Below the pieces are notes generated by a model. That model searched no databases, was not told the DNA's origin, and worked only from the letters and a program-made list of their open reading frames with translations. Below, piece by piece: positions 8,784-19,944 of a DNA stretch of 64,000 bases. Within the stretch, counting starts at the first letter, position 1; every line of letters begins with the position of its first letter. Made by a program: the position numbers and the translations under genes. This DNA comes from Limisphaerales bacterium (GTDB taxonomy: Bacteria > Verrucomicrobiota > Verrucomicrobiia > Limisphaerales > UBA9464), in contig CBDIPJ010000001.1 of assembly GCA_965283655.1 (NCBI GenBank), positions 114,987 to 178,986 of the forward strand, written 5' to 3'.

Positions 8784-9788
8784 TCAACGGACCGCCGCCA
8801 CCCCACGCTTTACCAGGATCGATCCCCCGCTCGTCCGCAACCGGACCGTCTCACCCCCACCATTGACCGGACCCGACAACTCGGTGCGCTTCGGCTTCCC
8901 ACTCGTTTCCACGGGGAGTTCCGACCGGACCCCACCCCCGGTGGAAGAAGCATCCAGGGTGAAGGCCGCATCTGGCGGAGCGGTCAGGCTCACGCTGCCG
9001 CCCGAAGTCGAGAGGTCCACCGCCCCGGGAAGCGTTGCCCCGGGGACGATCGCCTGGATGCTGCCTCCCGACGTATTCCCAACGATACGGCCAGCAATGC
9101 CCTCCAGCGTGATGCTGCCTCCACTGGTCTCCACCACCGCCGGCCCCGCGAATTGCGCCACCCGGATGGAGCCACCCGAGGTATCCGCATCCAGGGTTCC
9201 ACCACCGCCCTTGACCTCGATCCTTCCGCCCGAGGTATCGATATCGATCTTCCCGGTACAGTCGACCACCACGATCGTGCCTCCGGAGGTTTCGCCCCGG
9301 ATGTCTGCGCGCACACCGGTGAACTTCAAACCCCCGCCACTCGTATCCGCCACCACCGGGGCCGCCAGGCCGGTGACGTGAATGTGCCCGCCGGCGGTAT
9401 CGAGGTTCACCGAACAATCCGCCGGCACGGAAATCCTGTAGAGCCCCTCGGTCTTGATCCGGTTCCAGCTCCAACCCGTGATCGCTCCAGGCTTGATGGC
9501 CTTCACTTCCAACTCGGAGCCCGCCTGCTTCATCACCAGCGGACGCTCGGCCAGGAACGCTTTCTCCTTGGCAACCGTCCCGGCAGTGACCTTGCGGTAA
9601 GCCGAGACCACAATCTGCGAAGTTGCATTGGTCACCACCTCGATCGCCCCGAAATCAACGTCCACCTTCAACGTCATTCCTGGCGTCGCCGTGAAGCTAT
9701 GGTCCACCCGCTCTTCGGTCGCAGCCATCAGGACCGGAACACAGCCCAGCAGCACCCCCAGAAACCTGACATTGCATCGCGTCATCAT
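8784..9788 (-). CDS. DUF4097-family secreted beta-helix protein (putative adhesin)
   Basis: Signal peptide (MMTRCNVRFLGVLLGCVPVLMAA) followed by repeated [DE]TSGG.I.V motifs, more than 8 times. Confidence 0.7.
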   Translation of the reverse strand: MMTRCNVRFLGVLLGCVPVLMAATEERVDHSFTATPGMTLKVDVDFGAIEVVTNATSQIVVSAYRKVTAGTVAKEKAFLAERPLVMKQAGSELEVKAIKPGAITGWSWNRIKTEGLYRISVPADCSVNLDTAGGHIHVTGLAAPVVADTSGGGLKFTGVRADIRGETSGGTIVVVDCTGKIDIDTSGGRIEVKGGGGTLDADTSGGSIRVAQFAGPAVVETSGGSITLEGIAGRIVGNTSGGSIQAIVPGATLPGAVDLSTSGGSVSLTAPPDAAFTLDASSTGGGVRSELPVETSGKPKRTELSGPVNGGGETVRLRTSGGSILVKRGVAAVR

Positions 9789-9924
9789 GGCAGTACGGTC
9801 AGAAAGGAGCCGGAACACCGGTCGACATGGGATTGGGCCACACTCCGCTCCACAAGTTGACCGATGTCCGGCGCCGTGTGTTACCCTGGGTATTCACGCT
9901 TAGTTTCACCGGACCTGATTTTTT

Positions 9925-11028
9925 TCAAAGGGCGGGATAGTCCGTGTACCCCACCGGTCCGGAGGCATAAAAGGTGTTCTCATCCGGTGCGTTCAAGGGT
10001 GCACCCCGACGGAACCGCTCCGGCAGGTCCGGGTTCGCCAGAAAGGGCACCCCAAAGGCGATGGCGTCCGCCCACCCCTCCGCCAGTGCCCGTTGACCGC
10101 TCTCCGCGGTGAATCCACCAGCGCTAACGATCAACCCACGGTAGAACGGCCTCAATTCCCGCGGCCCCACCCCTTCCGTGGCTCCATGGGCAATGTCCTG
10201 CGCCGTCACCTGCGTCACGTGCGCATAGGCGAGGCGCAGCGACTCCAACTCCTTCAGCACATGCCCGAAGGTCGCCAACGGATCCGAATCCCGCATGTCG
10301 TTGAACACACCCCCCGGCGACAACCGGATGCCAACCCTCTCTGCACCCCACACCCCCACCACCGCCTCCGTCACCTCCAGCGTCAGGCGTGCCCGATTCT
10401 GGATCGGTCCGCCGTAGTCGTCGCCTCGATGGTTCGTCCCATCCCGCAGGAACTGATCCAGCAGATACCCGTTCGCGTTGTGGATCTCCACCCCATCGAA
10501 CCCGGCCGCCTTCGCCATCCGCGCCCCATGCACGTATTCCGCGATGATTCCCGGAATCTCGCCTCGGTCCAGTGCCCGCGGCACCAAGTAATCCTCCATC
10601 GCTTTTCCCGTGAAGATCTTCCCCTTCGGTCGGAGGGCCGAAGGTGCGACGGGAAGTTCGCCGCCGGGCTGATAGGAGGGATGCGAGATGCGTCCCACAT
10701 GCCACAATTGAAGAAAGATCCGGCCGCCTGCCCCATGCACCGCGTCCGTGACACCCCGCCAACCGGCCACTTGCGCCTCCGTGAAGATGCCCGGCGTGTT
10801 GGGATACCCGAATCCCCGCGGCGATACCGAGGTCGCCTCGCTGATGATCAGGCCAGCAGAAGCCCGTTGCCGGTAATACTGCGCATTCAACGCCACCGGA
10901 ACATTTCCCTCCCCCGCACGGCAGCGCGTCAACGGCGCCATCAGGATGCGATGCGGCAACAGGACCGCGCCCAACTGCAGTGGCTCGAACAGGGAAGGCA
11001 CCCCACTTGCCCCGGAATCAAAAGACAT
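9925..11028 (-). CDS. NADH:flavin oxidoreductase, Old Yellow Enzyme family (NemA-like)
   Basis: LFEPLQLGAVLLPHRILMAPLTRCRA, LQLWHVGRISHP and GFDGVEIHNANGYLLDQFL motifs. ATG at 11028; the longer ORF extends into REP-A repeats. Confidence 0.85.
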   Translation of the reverse strand: MSFDSGASGVPSLFEPLQLGAVLLPHRILMAPLTRCRAGEGNVPVALNAQYYRQRASAGLIISEATSVSPRGFGYPNTPGIFTEAQVAGWRGVTDAVHGAGGRIFLQLWHVGRISHPSYQPGGELPVAPSALRPKGKIFTGKAMEDYLVPRALDRGEIPGIIAEYVHGARMAKAAGFDGVEIHNANGYLLDQFLRDGTNHRGDDYGGPIQNRARLTLEVTEAVVGVWGAERVGIRLSPGGVFNDMRDSDPLATFGHVLKELESLRLAYAHVTQVTAQDIAHGATEGVGPRELRPFYRGLIVSAGGFTAESGQRALAEGWADAIAFGVPFLANPDLPERFRRGAPLNAPDENTFYASGPVGYTDYPAL

Positions 11029-11130
11029 GCACTCACCCTGACGCACGCGCTTCCCCATGGCAAAAGGGAGTTCAATGCGGATTCCGTCGGATGCCTGCCG
11101 CCGTGCGTTCTGAGACTGCCCCACCGTGAC

Positions 11131-11231
11131 CGGGGTGACGACGTCCTCGTCGCCCTTCCCCAAATCTCCTCTCCATGGCGATGAAGACTCGTCGCCCCGC
11201 CTACGGACGGGGCGGCGACGTCCTCGTCGCC
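11131..11231. repeat. REP-A array (+,-,+)
   Basis: CGGGGTGACGACGTCCTCGTCGCC (11131-11154), GGCGATGAAGACTCGTCGCCCCG (11177-11199), CGGGGCGGCGACGTCCTCGTCGCC (11208-11231). Confidence 0.85.
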
Positions 11232-11536
11232 CTCCAAAGCCATTCTCAAACGAGGGCCACGTTAAAAGCCCCCTTCTGCACAGGGCCCCTTGATTGAACG
11301 GAGGCAGCCGTTGCACTGTCGTTACAGGTCAGTCGCACCGGCGCCTTTTCCAAGGACCCGTCGCTTCCCTCGGTTCCATCGTGTCAGGACGTGTACCCTC
11401 CACCCCTCCTGCCATGTGGATGCCCCTCAGTCCCCACGGATGGTTCACGGCCCAATCTTGACGTTGGTTCGGAATGCAGGCGGATGCTCCGCCGGTTCCA
11501 TCGTACCCATCCGCCCACAAACCTCACCGCTCGCCC

Positions 11537-13627
11537 ATGTCCGCTGAAAACCCTCCCACCCCGACACCCGCCCATCGGTCGCTCCTCGCCTTTCCCTTTG
11601 CCATCGCCACGCTCGCCCTGCTCGCGTGGCAGACCCTTCGGATCGTCCTCTGGATCCGATTCGCTCCGGACAACCTGCCCTGGCGCCAAGCACTGGAAGT
11701 CCTGGGGAACGGTGTCTTCGGCGACGTCGCCTTCGCGATCCTCGGCAGTGGACTGCTGATCGGTCTGTCCGCACTTCTCGCCACGATCCTCTCGCTGCCT
11801 GCCCTGCTGGTGCAGGCCTTTGGTCCCGCGGCGTGGCGTCCTACATGGCGCTGGCTGTTCCGCGTCGCCATCTCGGTCGGCTTCATGGCGGGAATCTTCC
11901 TGCTGATCAGCGAATGGTACTTCTTCGCCGAGTTCGAAAGCCGCTTCAACACCGTGGCCATCGACTACCTCATCTATCCACACGAGGTGTTCACCAACCT
12001 GCGGGAGAGCTATCCGCTCCCGGCCATCGCGATCCTTTGCGCCGTTGGCGGCCTTGCCCTTTCCCTGCTCACCTTCCGCCGGTGGCCACCCGCCTGGGAA
12101 TCGGCGTCCCGCACCCGTCGCACGTTCGCCACCGCTGCCTGGATCGCGCTCGGCCTCGCTACAGCCACCGCCACCCAGTTCAGCCGCCCCCCCGCCAATC
12201 GCCCCAGAATCCTCAACGAACTGGCCTCCAATGGATGGGCCTCCGCCCTCCGCGCCGCATGGTCCCGCAACCTCTCGTATCCGGACTTCTATCCCGTGCT
12301 CGACCGGACCGAGGCCTTCCATCGGGCCCGGACGCTGCTGGCAGAGCCGGGTGCTGCCTTCACCGCACCGCCTGCTCCTCCTTTTCCAAACTCCGCATCC
12401 AACGCCGTCCCGGATCCTGCCGCCGTCGAACGTTGGCTTGATCAGGCGCGCGATTCGCTACGCCGTCGCATCGCCGGGGATCCTTCACGCCCCCGGCGAA
12501 ATGTCTGCATCATCACCGAGGAAAGCCTTGGATCCGAATTCTGGGGAAGCCTCGGGCGCACCGTCGACGGCCATCCCGACACCCTCACCCCGCGGATGGA
12601 TGCCCTCGCCGCCTCCGAGGCCCTCCTGTTCACGCACCTGCTGGCCGATGGCAACCGGACCATACGCGGCCTCGAAGCCGTCTATTCCAGTTTCCCGCCG
12701 CTTCCCGGGGACAGCATCCTGGCCCGCGACCACACCGAGAACGTCGAAACCATCGCGAAGGTCCTGAAGCGCGACGGCTACTCCACCCTCTTCCTGTATG
12801 CCGGCCACGGCACGTTCGACTACATCCGGAGCTATTCGCTGCGCAACGGCTGGGATCGTCTGGTGGAGGAATCGGACTTCGACAACCCCGCGTTCCGAAC
12901 CGCGTGGGGAGTCAGTGACGAAGACCTGCTGCAACGGGGAATCGAGGAGATGCGCGCACTCCACGCCGCCGGAAAGCCGTTCCTCACCAGCTTCATGACG
13001 GTCTCGAATCACCGTCCGTTCACGTACCCCAAAGGCCACATCACCGAGAACCCCGATGAACACCGTCGGAACAACGCGGTGAAGTACGCCGATTGGGTTC
13101 TCGGCGACTTCTTCGATCGCGCCCGGAAGGAACCGTTCTGGCAGGACACAATCTTCGTCGTCATCGCCGACCATGGCGCACGCGTCTACGGCAGCCAGAC
13201 CATCCCCCTCAAGAGTTACCAGATCCCCTGCCTCATCGTTGCTCCTGGCCTCGTGCAGTCTCCGGGCCGCATCGACGTCACTGGATCGCAACTGGACGTC
13301 ACCCCAACCGTGCTCGGCCTGATCGGTCGCCCGTACGAATCCCTGTTCTTCGGACATGACCTCCTCGCACCGGATGCGGGCTCACGGACCCGTTGCCTCA
13401 TGCACCACAACCGGTCCGTCGCCGTCTATCACGACCGACATCAGGTGGTCCTCGGACTCGGCAAGACCGTCGAGTATTGGTCGGGTGAACCCGGCTCCGG
13501 CACGATGTCCCGCAGTTCCATGCCTGATCCGTCTGTCGAGAGCCTGAGGGACGACGGCATCGCGCTGTTCCAGGTGGCCGACGAACTCTACACCGCCGGC
13601 CGCTTCAACCTTCCGCCCGTCCCGTAA
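11537..13627 (+). CDS. LTA synthase / sulfatase-family membrane protein (alkaline-phosphatase superfamily)
   Basis: Five or more N-terminal TM helices, then a sulfatase-like domain (ITEESLGSEFWG, MTVSNHRPFTYP, VIADHGARVYG). Confidence 0.8.
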   Translation: MSAENPPTPTPAHRSLLAFPFAIATLALLAWQTLRIVLWIRFAPDNLPWRQALEVLGNGVFGDVAFAILGSGLLIGLSALLATILSLPALLVQAFGPAAWRPTWRWLFRVAISVGFMAGIFLLISEWYFFAEFESRFNTVAIDYLIYPHEVFTNLRESYPLPAIAILCAVGGLALSLLTFRRWPPAWESASRTRRTFATAAWIALGLATATATQFSRPPANRPRILNELASNGWASALRAAWSRNLSYPDFYPVLDRTEAFHRARTLLAEPGAAFTAPPAPPFPNSASNAVPDPAAVERWLDQARDSLRRRIAGDPSRPRRNVCIITEESLGSEFWGSLGRTVDGHPDTLTPRMDALAASEALLFTHLLADGNRTIRGLEAVYSSFPPLPGDSILARDHTENVETIAKVLKRDGYSTLFLYAGHGTFDYIRSYSLRNGWDRLVEESDFDNPAFRTAWGVSDEDLLQRGIEEMRALHAAGKPFLTSFMTVSNHRPFTYPKGHITENPDEHRRNNAVKYADWVLGDFFDRARKEPFWQDTIFVVIADHGARVYGSQTIPLKSYQIPCLIVAPGLVQSPGRIDVTGSQLDVTPTVLGLIGRPYESLFFGHDLLAPDAGSRTRCLMHHNRSVAVYHDRHQVVLGLGKTVEYWSGEPGSGTMSRSSMPDPSVESLRDDGIALFQVADELYTAGRFNLPPVP

Positions 13628-13673
13628 CCACGTCGGAAGCGGGACGGCTCTGTGGAGACACCCACTTTGCCAA

Positions 13674-13697
13674 GGCGACGAGGACGTCGCCACCCCG
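13674..13697 (-). repeat. REP-A single copy
   Basis: GGCGACGAGGACGTCGCCACCCCG. Confidence 0.75.
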
Positions 13698-13785
13698 TGC
13701 CGTGCTTCCCCGTGTCGGGATTCACCCTCCTGCCCGGCCACGGCATTTTTGATTCCGAAATCCCCGATCAGGGCCATCCTCCGAC

Positions 13786-16700
13786 ATGCCATTCGGACGG
13801 GTCACGGCCACCTGCACGGCCTTCACCATCGCGCTGATCCTCAGCCCGCACGCTGCAGCGGACCCCGCTGCGGCATCCACCAACGCGGCCGCGAAGCCTG
13901 CCGATGACATCGCCAACGCCACCCGCCGGTTGCGCGTCCCCCAGGGATTGACCGTCGAAGCCTGGGCCACCGAACCCCTGGTCCAGAACATCACGTCCAT
14001 CGATTTCGACTCCAAGGGCCGCGCCTACGTCGTTGAAACCGGCCGTCGGCGCACCTCCGTCTTCGACATCCGCAACTTCAAGGAATGGGTCGATGACGAC
14101 CTCGCCCTCCGCACCGTCGAAGACCGCATCCGCTTCCTCACCGGCCAACTCGCCACCAACGCCGCCTTCCTGGACACCGCCACCCGCAACGCCAGCCGCG
14201 GTGGTTTCGGCGACTTCAACAAGGACGGCCGCATCGACGTGGCCGACCTCACCGTCGAGAGCGAACGCCTCCGCATCGTCTGGGACTCGGACAACGACGG
14301 CCGCGCCGACCGCAGCGCCATCCACGCCGACAACTTAAACTCGCCCGTCAGCGGTGTCGCCGCGGGTGTGCTCGTCTCCGGAGACAGTGTCTGGTTCGCC
14401 TGCATTCCCGACATCTGGAAACTGCCCGCTGCCGGCGCGGATCCCCGTCCCGTCGACAAGGGACAACCCCTCCTCTCCGGCTTCGGCGCACACGTCGCCT
14501 ACGGCGGCCACGACCTCCACGGCCTGACCCAGGGACCCGATGGCCGGATCTACTTCTCCATCGCCGATCGCGGCGCCGCCACCCGCGCCGCCGCCACCGT
14601 TGGAGCCTACGACCCGGACCAGCTCACCGATCCCGATACCGGCCTGATCTTCCGCTGCGATCCCGACGGCCTGAACCTCGAAGTCTACGCCCGCGGCCTC
14701 CGCAATCCCCAGGAACTCGCCTTCGACGACGACGGCCAACTCTGGACCGCCGACAACAACGGCGACGGCGGCGACAAGGCCCGCTGGACCCTCGTCCAAC
14801 CGGGCTCCGAACACGGCTGGACCATCGGATGGCAATGGCTGCCGAAGATGGGCGCGTGGAATTCCGAACGCCTCTGGCACACCCAGCCCTCCAACACCGC
14901 CCTGTTCATCCTCCCGCCCGTCGCCCACATCGGCCACGGCCCCGCCGGCATCGCGTACTATCCCGGCACGGGCCTTGGCGACCGCTTCAAGGGCTCCTTC
15001 TTCTACGCCGACTTCCCCGGCGGCGTCCGCCACTTCCGCGTCGAACCCGTTGGTGCCTTCTACCGCATCCCGGACGCCGGCCCGTGGATGGAGAACAACA
15101 AGTCGGACGACATGCAGGGGAAGCTGCTGTGGGACCTCTACCCGGTCGATGTCGCCTTCCCTCCCAGCGGCGGCGTGGTCGTCGCCGACTGGATCGAAGG
15201 CTGGGAAAAGACGGGCAAGGGCCGCCTCTGGAAGGTGTCCAACCCCTCGCTCAAGGACAACGCGCTCATTGCCGAGACGGCCCGATTCCTCCGCGAAGGC
15301 ATGTCCGGCCGCGCCGAGGGACAACTGCTGGTCCTGCTCGGGCACGCCGACCTGCGCGTCCGTCAGGAAGCCCAGTTCGAACTCGCGCGTCGGGACCTCC
15401 CCTCCTGGCCCGGTCTCGCCGAAACCGCCCGCAACGGCTCCACCACCGCAGCCCGCCGCCACGCCATCCGCGCCCTCACCCAGATCGTCCGCAACCACAC
15501 CCACCCCGAGGATCTCCACGACGAACTCACCCGCGCCATGCGCTGGCTCGATGACGCCGACGCCGGCGTTGTGGTCGAAGCCTGTCGTCTCATCGGTGAA
15601 GCCCGATTCGTCCCGGCCCAGGAACGCCTCCGGGCCCGCTTCAAGCATCCCGACAACCGCGTGGTGGCCGCCGCGATGCTCGCCAACAGCCGTTATTTCC
15701 ACAGCTTCCACGATCCCGGGACACCACTCCGCTTCAAGTCCACCCTGACTGAACAGGTCTACGAGAACACGCCCGCCTTCGCCAAAAGCTGGTTGCCCGC
15801 TCCCTCCCAGCAATCCGGCACCGTGACCTGGCCCATCAGTGATCTGCGCGACGCCCTCATCCGCATCGGAGGCCAGGATCCCGTGATCACCCACACCGCC
15901 ACCGTGCTGCTCGAGGAGATCGCATCCATCAGCCCCTCCAACGTCTTCCCGGGCCTCGCTGCGCTCATGCGCCACCCGGATCGCAACGTGCGCCTGCCGG
16001 TCCTCCTCGCCATCCGCCGCATGCGCCTGCCCGAGGTCGCCACCTTCCTCGAAGATCCCGATCCCCGCCTCGCCCTCGAAGCCGCCCGCGCCATCCATGA
16101 CCAGGCCATCACCGCCGCCTACAAGGATCTGATTCCGTACCTCGACACCGGCATGCCGAAGGCACCCACCGCCGCCTTCACTGCCGGCCATCCCTTCCCG
16201 TTCTCGATCACCGAATGGCGCTCGTTCTTCCTGCGCCGCTCCGTCAACGCCGCCTTCCGCCGCGGTTCCACCGACGACCTTCCCATCCTTTCCCGCGCCG
16301 CCGCCAACGCGGATCTGCCCGAGACCGTCCGCGTCGAAGCCCTCGACAGCCTCCGCGACTGGACCACACCGCCGCGTCGTGATCGCGTCACCGGACTCAT
16401 CCTTCCCCTCTCGCCCCGTGATCCCGGACCAGCGCGCAACGCACTCACCGACGCCTGGCGTTCGTGCACCACTCCCGAGTCCGCCGAACCCATCGTGCTC
16501 GCCGCGATCGAGGCTGCCCGCACCCTCGCGTTGCCGAACCTCGACGCCCGTCTCGCGGCCCTGGCCTCCCATCCATCGGCTGCCGTCCACAAGGCACTCA
16601 CCCCGCCGAAACCGGCCACGGATCCCCGGGACCTCGAAATGGTCGGTGCAAAACCCCACACCCTCGCCGCCCTGACCCAGGGCGGTGATGTCGTCCGCGG

Positions 16701-17094
16701 CCGGAAACTCTTCGCCGAACGCGCCGACTGGGCCTGCCAACGCTGTCACAAGCTCAACGGCGAAGGCGGTGACGTCGGACCCGACCTCACCGGCATCGGC
16801 AAGCGCATGACCCGCGCCCAGATCTTCGAGGCGATCCTGAACCCCAACGGCTCGATCGCCCCCGGTTACGAGACCGTCATCCTTGCCCTCAAGGACGGCG
16901 ACTCCAAGGTCGGTACCATCGTCTCCGAGGCCAATGGGGTCCTCACCCTGAACTCACCCGAGGACGGCCGCATCGAGATCCCGGTCGCGAACATCCGCAG
17001 CCGCGAGCGCGCCCCCTCGGCCATGCCCGAAGGCCTCACCGAGATGATCACCCGCGGCGAGATGCGCGACCTCATCGAGGCCCTCGCACGGTGA
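13786..17094 (+). CDS. PVC-type haem-binding CxxCH protein (dehydrogenase-like beta-propeller + HEAT repeats + cytochrome c domain)
   Basis: Signal peptide. N-terminal region typical of 'membrane-bound dehydrogenase domain' proteins, HEAT-like middle, and C-terminal CQRCHKLNGEGGDVGPDLTGIG cytochrome c motif. Confidence 0.8.
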   Translation: MPFGRVTATCTAFTIALILSPHAAADPAAASTNAAAKPADDIANATRRLRVPQGLTVEAWATEPLVQNITSIDFDSKGRAYVVETGRRRTSVFDIRNFKEWVDDDLALRTVEDRIRFLTGQLATNAAFLDTATRNASRGGFGDFNKDGRIDVADLTVESERLRIVWDSDNDGRADRSAIHADNLNSPVSGVAAGVLVSGDSVWFACIPDIWKLPAAGADPRPVDKGQPLLSGFGAHVAYGGHDLHGLTQGPDGRIYFSIADRGAATRAAATVGAYDPDQLTDPDTGLIFRCDPDGLNLEVYARGLRNPQELAFDDDGQLWTADNNGDGGDKARWTLVQPGSEHGWTIGWQWLPKMGAWNSERLWHTQPSNTALFILPPVAHIGHGPAGIAYYPGTGLGDRFKGSFFYADFPGGVRHFRVEPVGAFYRIPDAGPWMENNKSDDMQGKLLWDLYPVDVAFPPSGGVVVADWIEGWEKTGKGRLWKVSNPSLKDNALIAETARFLREGMSGRAEGQLLVLLGHADLRVRQEAQFELARRDLPSWPGLAETARNGSTTAARRHAIRALTQIVRNHTHPEDLHDELTRAMRWLDDADAGVVVEACRLIGEARFVPAQERLRARFKHPDNRVVAAAMLANSRYFHSFHDPGTPLRFKSTLTEQVYENTPAFAKSWLPAPSQQSGTVTWPISDLRDALIRIGGQDPVITHTATVLLEEIASISPSNVFPGLAALMRHPDRNVRLPVLLAIRRMRLPEVATFLEDPDPRLALEAARAIHDQAITAAYKDLIPYLDTGMPKAPTAAFTAGHPFPFSITEWRSFFLRRSVNAAFRRGSTDDLPILSRAAANADLPETVRVEALDSLRDWTTPPRRDRVTGLILPLSPRDPGPARNALTDAWRSCTTPESAEPIVLAAIEAARTLALPNLDARLAALASHPSAAVHKALTPPKPATDPRDLEMVGAKPHTLAALTQGGDVVRGRKLFAERADWACQRCHKLNGEGGDVGPDLTGIGKRMTRAQIFEAILNPNGSIAPGYETVILALKDGDSKVGTIVSEANGVLTLNSPEDGRIEIPVANIRSRERAPSAMPEGLTEMITRGEMRDLIEALAR

Positions 17095-17103
17095 TCCCGC
17101 GCC

Positions 17104-17670
17104 TCACGCGAAGTCGTGTTCCTCGTCGCGCACGACCAACACGGGACACGGCGCATGCCGGACGATCTTCTCCGTCACGCTGCCCAGCAGCACGTGCTTC
17201 AGTCCCGTGTAGCCGTGCGTCGACACGATGATGAGGTCGGTGTCCGACTCCTTCGCGAAGTCAACGACGCCCTGCCACGATCGACCCGAGATCACCAACG
17301 CCTCCGTCTCCACGCCACCGCCGACAGAGCGTCCCAGATCCTCGAGGTGCTTCGTCAACTCACGCAATCGCGGCCCCTCCGCATCCGGTGGCAGCAGCGG
17401 AACCACGGCGAAGTCCGGCGGGTAGCTCAGCGGTTCCACCACGTGCAACAGCGTGAGTCGCGCCCCGAACTGCTCCGCAAACGCCTTCGCGTAGCGCAGC
17501 GCCTTGCGTGACGGCTCCGAGAAATCCACCGGAACCAACACCTTCTTCAGGTGCAACCGCACCGGAGCCAACGGCGTCACCGGAGCCGTCGCGTGGCCAT
17601 GCCCATCCTTTCCGGTGACCACCAGCTTCACGCCGGAATCGCCCGCGCCGGGAGTTTTGCTCGTGTTCAT
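17104..17670 (-). CDS. universal stress protein (UspA family)
   Basis: VLVPVDFSEPSRKALRYA ... LIIVSTHGYTGLKHVLLGSVTEKIVRHAPCPVLVV. Confidence 0.85.
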   Translation of the reverse strand: MNTSKTPGAGDSGVKLVVTGKDGHGHATAPVTPLAPVRLHLKKVLVPVDFSEPSRKALRYAKAFAEQFGARLTLLHVVEPLSYPPDFAVVPLLPPDAEGPRLRELTKHLEDLGRSVGGGVETEALVISGRSWQGVVDFAKESDTDLIIVSTHGYTGLKHVLLGSVTEKIVRHAPCPVLVVRDEEHDFA

Positions 17671-17712
17671 GATCCGTTTCCTTTCCGTGGAGGTTGATGT
17701 CGCCGTGCGGGG

Positions 17713-18069
17713 TCATTCGACCCGGCGCACACAGTTCACACCGTCGAAGGGATTCGGGGTGGTTTCACCGCACTCCGGATCCGGCAGCCAGCGGCCGTCG
17801 GCGACGAACAGGTATTCGTAGGTTCCCGGTGGAAGCAGGATCTCCTTCTCCCACCGGCCCAGCCCCATGTCGACCATCGGCAGGGTCGTGGGATGCCAGT
17901 CGTTGAACGTTCCAGCGAGGTACACCTCGCGGGCACCGCCCAGATGCACGTCAAACAGCACCGTCCGTGTGCTCTCGGCAGGAGCGGAAACAACCGGAAC
18001 CGTCGTGTCCCCGCCCCCCGTCTCCGACGGCTTTGTGGCCGTCTTTCGCGAACTCATTTTGGGTTTCAT
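17713..18069 (-). CDS. glycogen-binding (CBM48/AMPK beta-like) domain protein
   Basis: VYLAGTFNDWHPTTLPM...GRWEKEILLPPGTYEYLFVADGRWLPDP pattern. ATG at 18069. Confidence 0.65.
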   Translation of the reverse strand: MKPKMSSRKTATKPSETGGGDTTVPVVSAPAESTRTVLFDVHLGGAREVYLAGTFNDWHPTTLPMVDMGLGRWEKEILLPPGTYEYLFVADGRWLPDPECGETTPNPFDGVNCVRRVE

Positions 18070-18209
18070 GGCAGTTCTTCCTGCGTCTTCCGTGATTGTT
18101 GAGAACACAAGGAACCTGCCAACAAATCCCCTCCTGTCGCGGCTCAGTGTGGCGAAATCGGACCGTTTCTTGCCGTGCCCGGGGCAACTTGCCATTGCCC
18201 AGCGTCGAT

Positions 18210-18276
18210 CGGGGTGGCGATTTCCTCATCGACTCGGGGATGACTTTGGAGCGGCGACGAGGACGTCGCCACCCCG
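18210..18276. repeat. REP-A pair (+ degenerate, -)
   Basis: CGGGGTGGCGATTTCCTCATCGAC (18210-18233) and GGCGACGAGGACGTCGCCACCCCG (18253-18276). Confidence 0.75.
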
Positions 18277-18396
18277 TTGCATGCGGGGGAAGTGTCCAGA
18301 TCCACCCGACCGTGCCCCCCGGCAAAAAATCCCCCTGTCCTTCCCAAGTCCCGCCGTTCAAACTCTCCGTCCACGTTCGTCGAGACTCGTTGTTCC

Positions 18397-19944
18397 ATGT
18401 CCAAGATTCATCGCGCACTGCTTTCCGTTTCCGACAAGACCGGCCTGGTTGACCTGGCCCGTACCCTCGTCACCGCCGGGGTCGAACTCCTTTCCACCGG
18501 CGGCACCGCCAAGGCCATCCGGGACGCCGGCCTGCCCGTGAAGGACATCTCGGAACACACTGGTTTCCCCGAGATGCTTGATGGACGGGTGAAGACGCTC
18601 CATCCGCTCGTGCATGGGGGCCTCCTCTACCTGCGCGGACATGCCGAACACGAACGCACCGTCGCTGAACACGGCATCGCTCCGATCGACCTCGTGGTCG
18701 TGAACCTCTATCCCTTCGAGGCCACGGTCGCCAAACCCGGCGTCACCCTCCACGACGCCATCGAGAACATCGACATCGGCGGCCCCTCCATGCTCCGCAG
18801 CGCGGCCAAGAACCACGAATCCGTCACCGTGATCGTGGACCCCACCGATTACGCCACCGTTGCCGAACACATCCGCACCCAGGGCAACACCACCCTCGAA
18901 CTGCGCCGCAACCTCGCCGCCAAGGTCTACGCCCGGACCGCCGCCTACGACGCCGCCATCGCCGCCCATCTCACGCGCGCCTTCACGCCGGCCATCGAAC
19001 ATGTTCCCGTCCTCTCCGTCGGCGCCCCATTGGTCCAGCCCTTGCGTTACGGCGAGAACCCGCACCAGCGCGCCGCCCTGTACGGCAAGTTCCGCGATTA
19101 CTTCGCGCAGCTCCATGGAAAGGAACTTTCCTACAACAACATCCTCGATCTCACCGCCGCCGCGGCCCTGATCAGCGAATTCCCGGCGAACGATCCAACC
19201 CTCGCCATCCTCAAGCACACCAACCCCTGCGGCGTCGGCCGGGGCTCATCCCTCCGCGAAGCCTGGGACCGCGCCTACGCCACCGATCGCCAGGCACCGT
19301 TCGGCGGAATCATCGCCGTCAACCAGACCCTCGACCTGCCGTGCGCCGAGGCCATCGCCGAGATCTTCAGTGAGGTGATCGTGGCGCCGGACTTCACCCC
19401 GGAAGCCCTCGCCCTCCTCCAGCAGAAGAAGAACCTGCGCCTCCTCAAGGTCCTCAAGAATCCTTCCCAGGTCGCGCCCGTCGACATCCGCTCCGTCGGT
19501 GCCGAATCCTGGCTCCTGCAGGAGCGCGACCTCCGCATCACCACGGCGGCCGATCTCAAGGTCGTGACCAAGCGGGCCCCCACGCCTTCCGAACTCGAAG
19601 CCCTCCTGTTCGGCTGGCACGTCGTGAAGCACGTGAAGTCCAACGCCATCGTCTACGCCAATGCCACCCAGACCCTCGGCATCGGCGCCGGTCAGATGAG
19701 CCGCGTGGATTCCTCACGCATCGCTGTCTGGAAGGCCGGGGAAGCCAAGCTCGCCCTCCAGGGGAGCGTCGTGTGTTCCGACGCCTTCTTCCCGTTCCCG
19801 GACGGTCTCATCGCCGCCGCCGAAGCCGGCGCCACCGCCGCCATCCAACCCGGTGGATCCATGCGCGACGCCGAAGTCATCAAGGCTGCCGACGAACGCA
19901 ACCTCGCCATGGTCTTCACCGGCCACCGCCACTTCCGGCATTGA
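18397..19944 (+). CDS. purH: bifunctional AICAR formyltransferase / IMP cyclohydrolase
   Basis: [31 protein letters not shown] and full-length PurH-like sequence ending ...[11 protein letters not shown]. Confidence 0.95.
   Translation: MSKIHRALLSVSDKTGLVDLARTLVTAGVELLSTGGTAKAIRDAGLPVKDISEHTGFPEMLDGRVKTLHPLVHGGLLYLRGHAEHERTVAEHGIAPIDLVVVNLYPFEATVAKPGVTLHDAIENIDIGGPSMLRSAAKNHESVTVIVDPTDYATVAEHIRTQGNTTLELRRNLAAKVYARTAAYDAAIAAHLTRAFTPAIEHVPVLSVGAPLVQPLRYGENPHQRAALYGKFRDYFAQLHGKELSYNNILDLTAAAALISEFPANDPTLAILKHTNPCGVGRGSSLREAWDRAYATDRQAPFGGIIAVNQTLDLPCAEAIAEIFSEVIVAPDFTPEALALLQQKKNLRLLKVLKNPSQVAPVDIRSVGAESWLLQERDLRITTAADLKVVTKRAPTPSELEALLFGWHVVKHVKSNAIVYANATQTLGIGAGQMSRVDSSRIAVWKAGEAKLALQGSVVCSDAFFPFPDGLIAAAEAGATAAIQPGGSMRDAEVIKAADERNLAMVFTGHRHFRH

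Noticed and set aside
18070-18396. Possible ZTP (pfl) or purine riboswitch in the 327-nt region upstream of purH.
   Set aside because: I could not find the conserved pfl core (the GGGUCGUGAC...CCGCCUGGGC-type elements). The region is largely a REP-A pair plus unique sequence. An Infernal scan would settle it.
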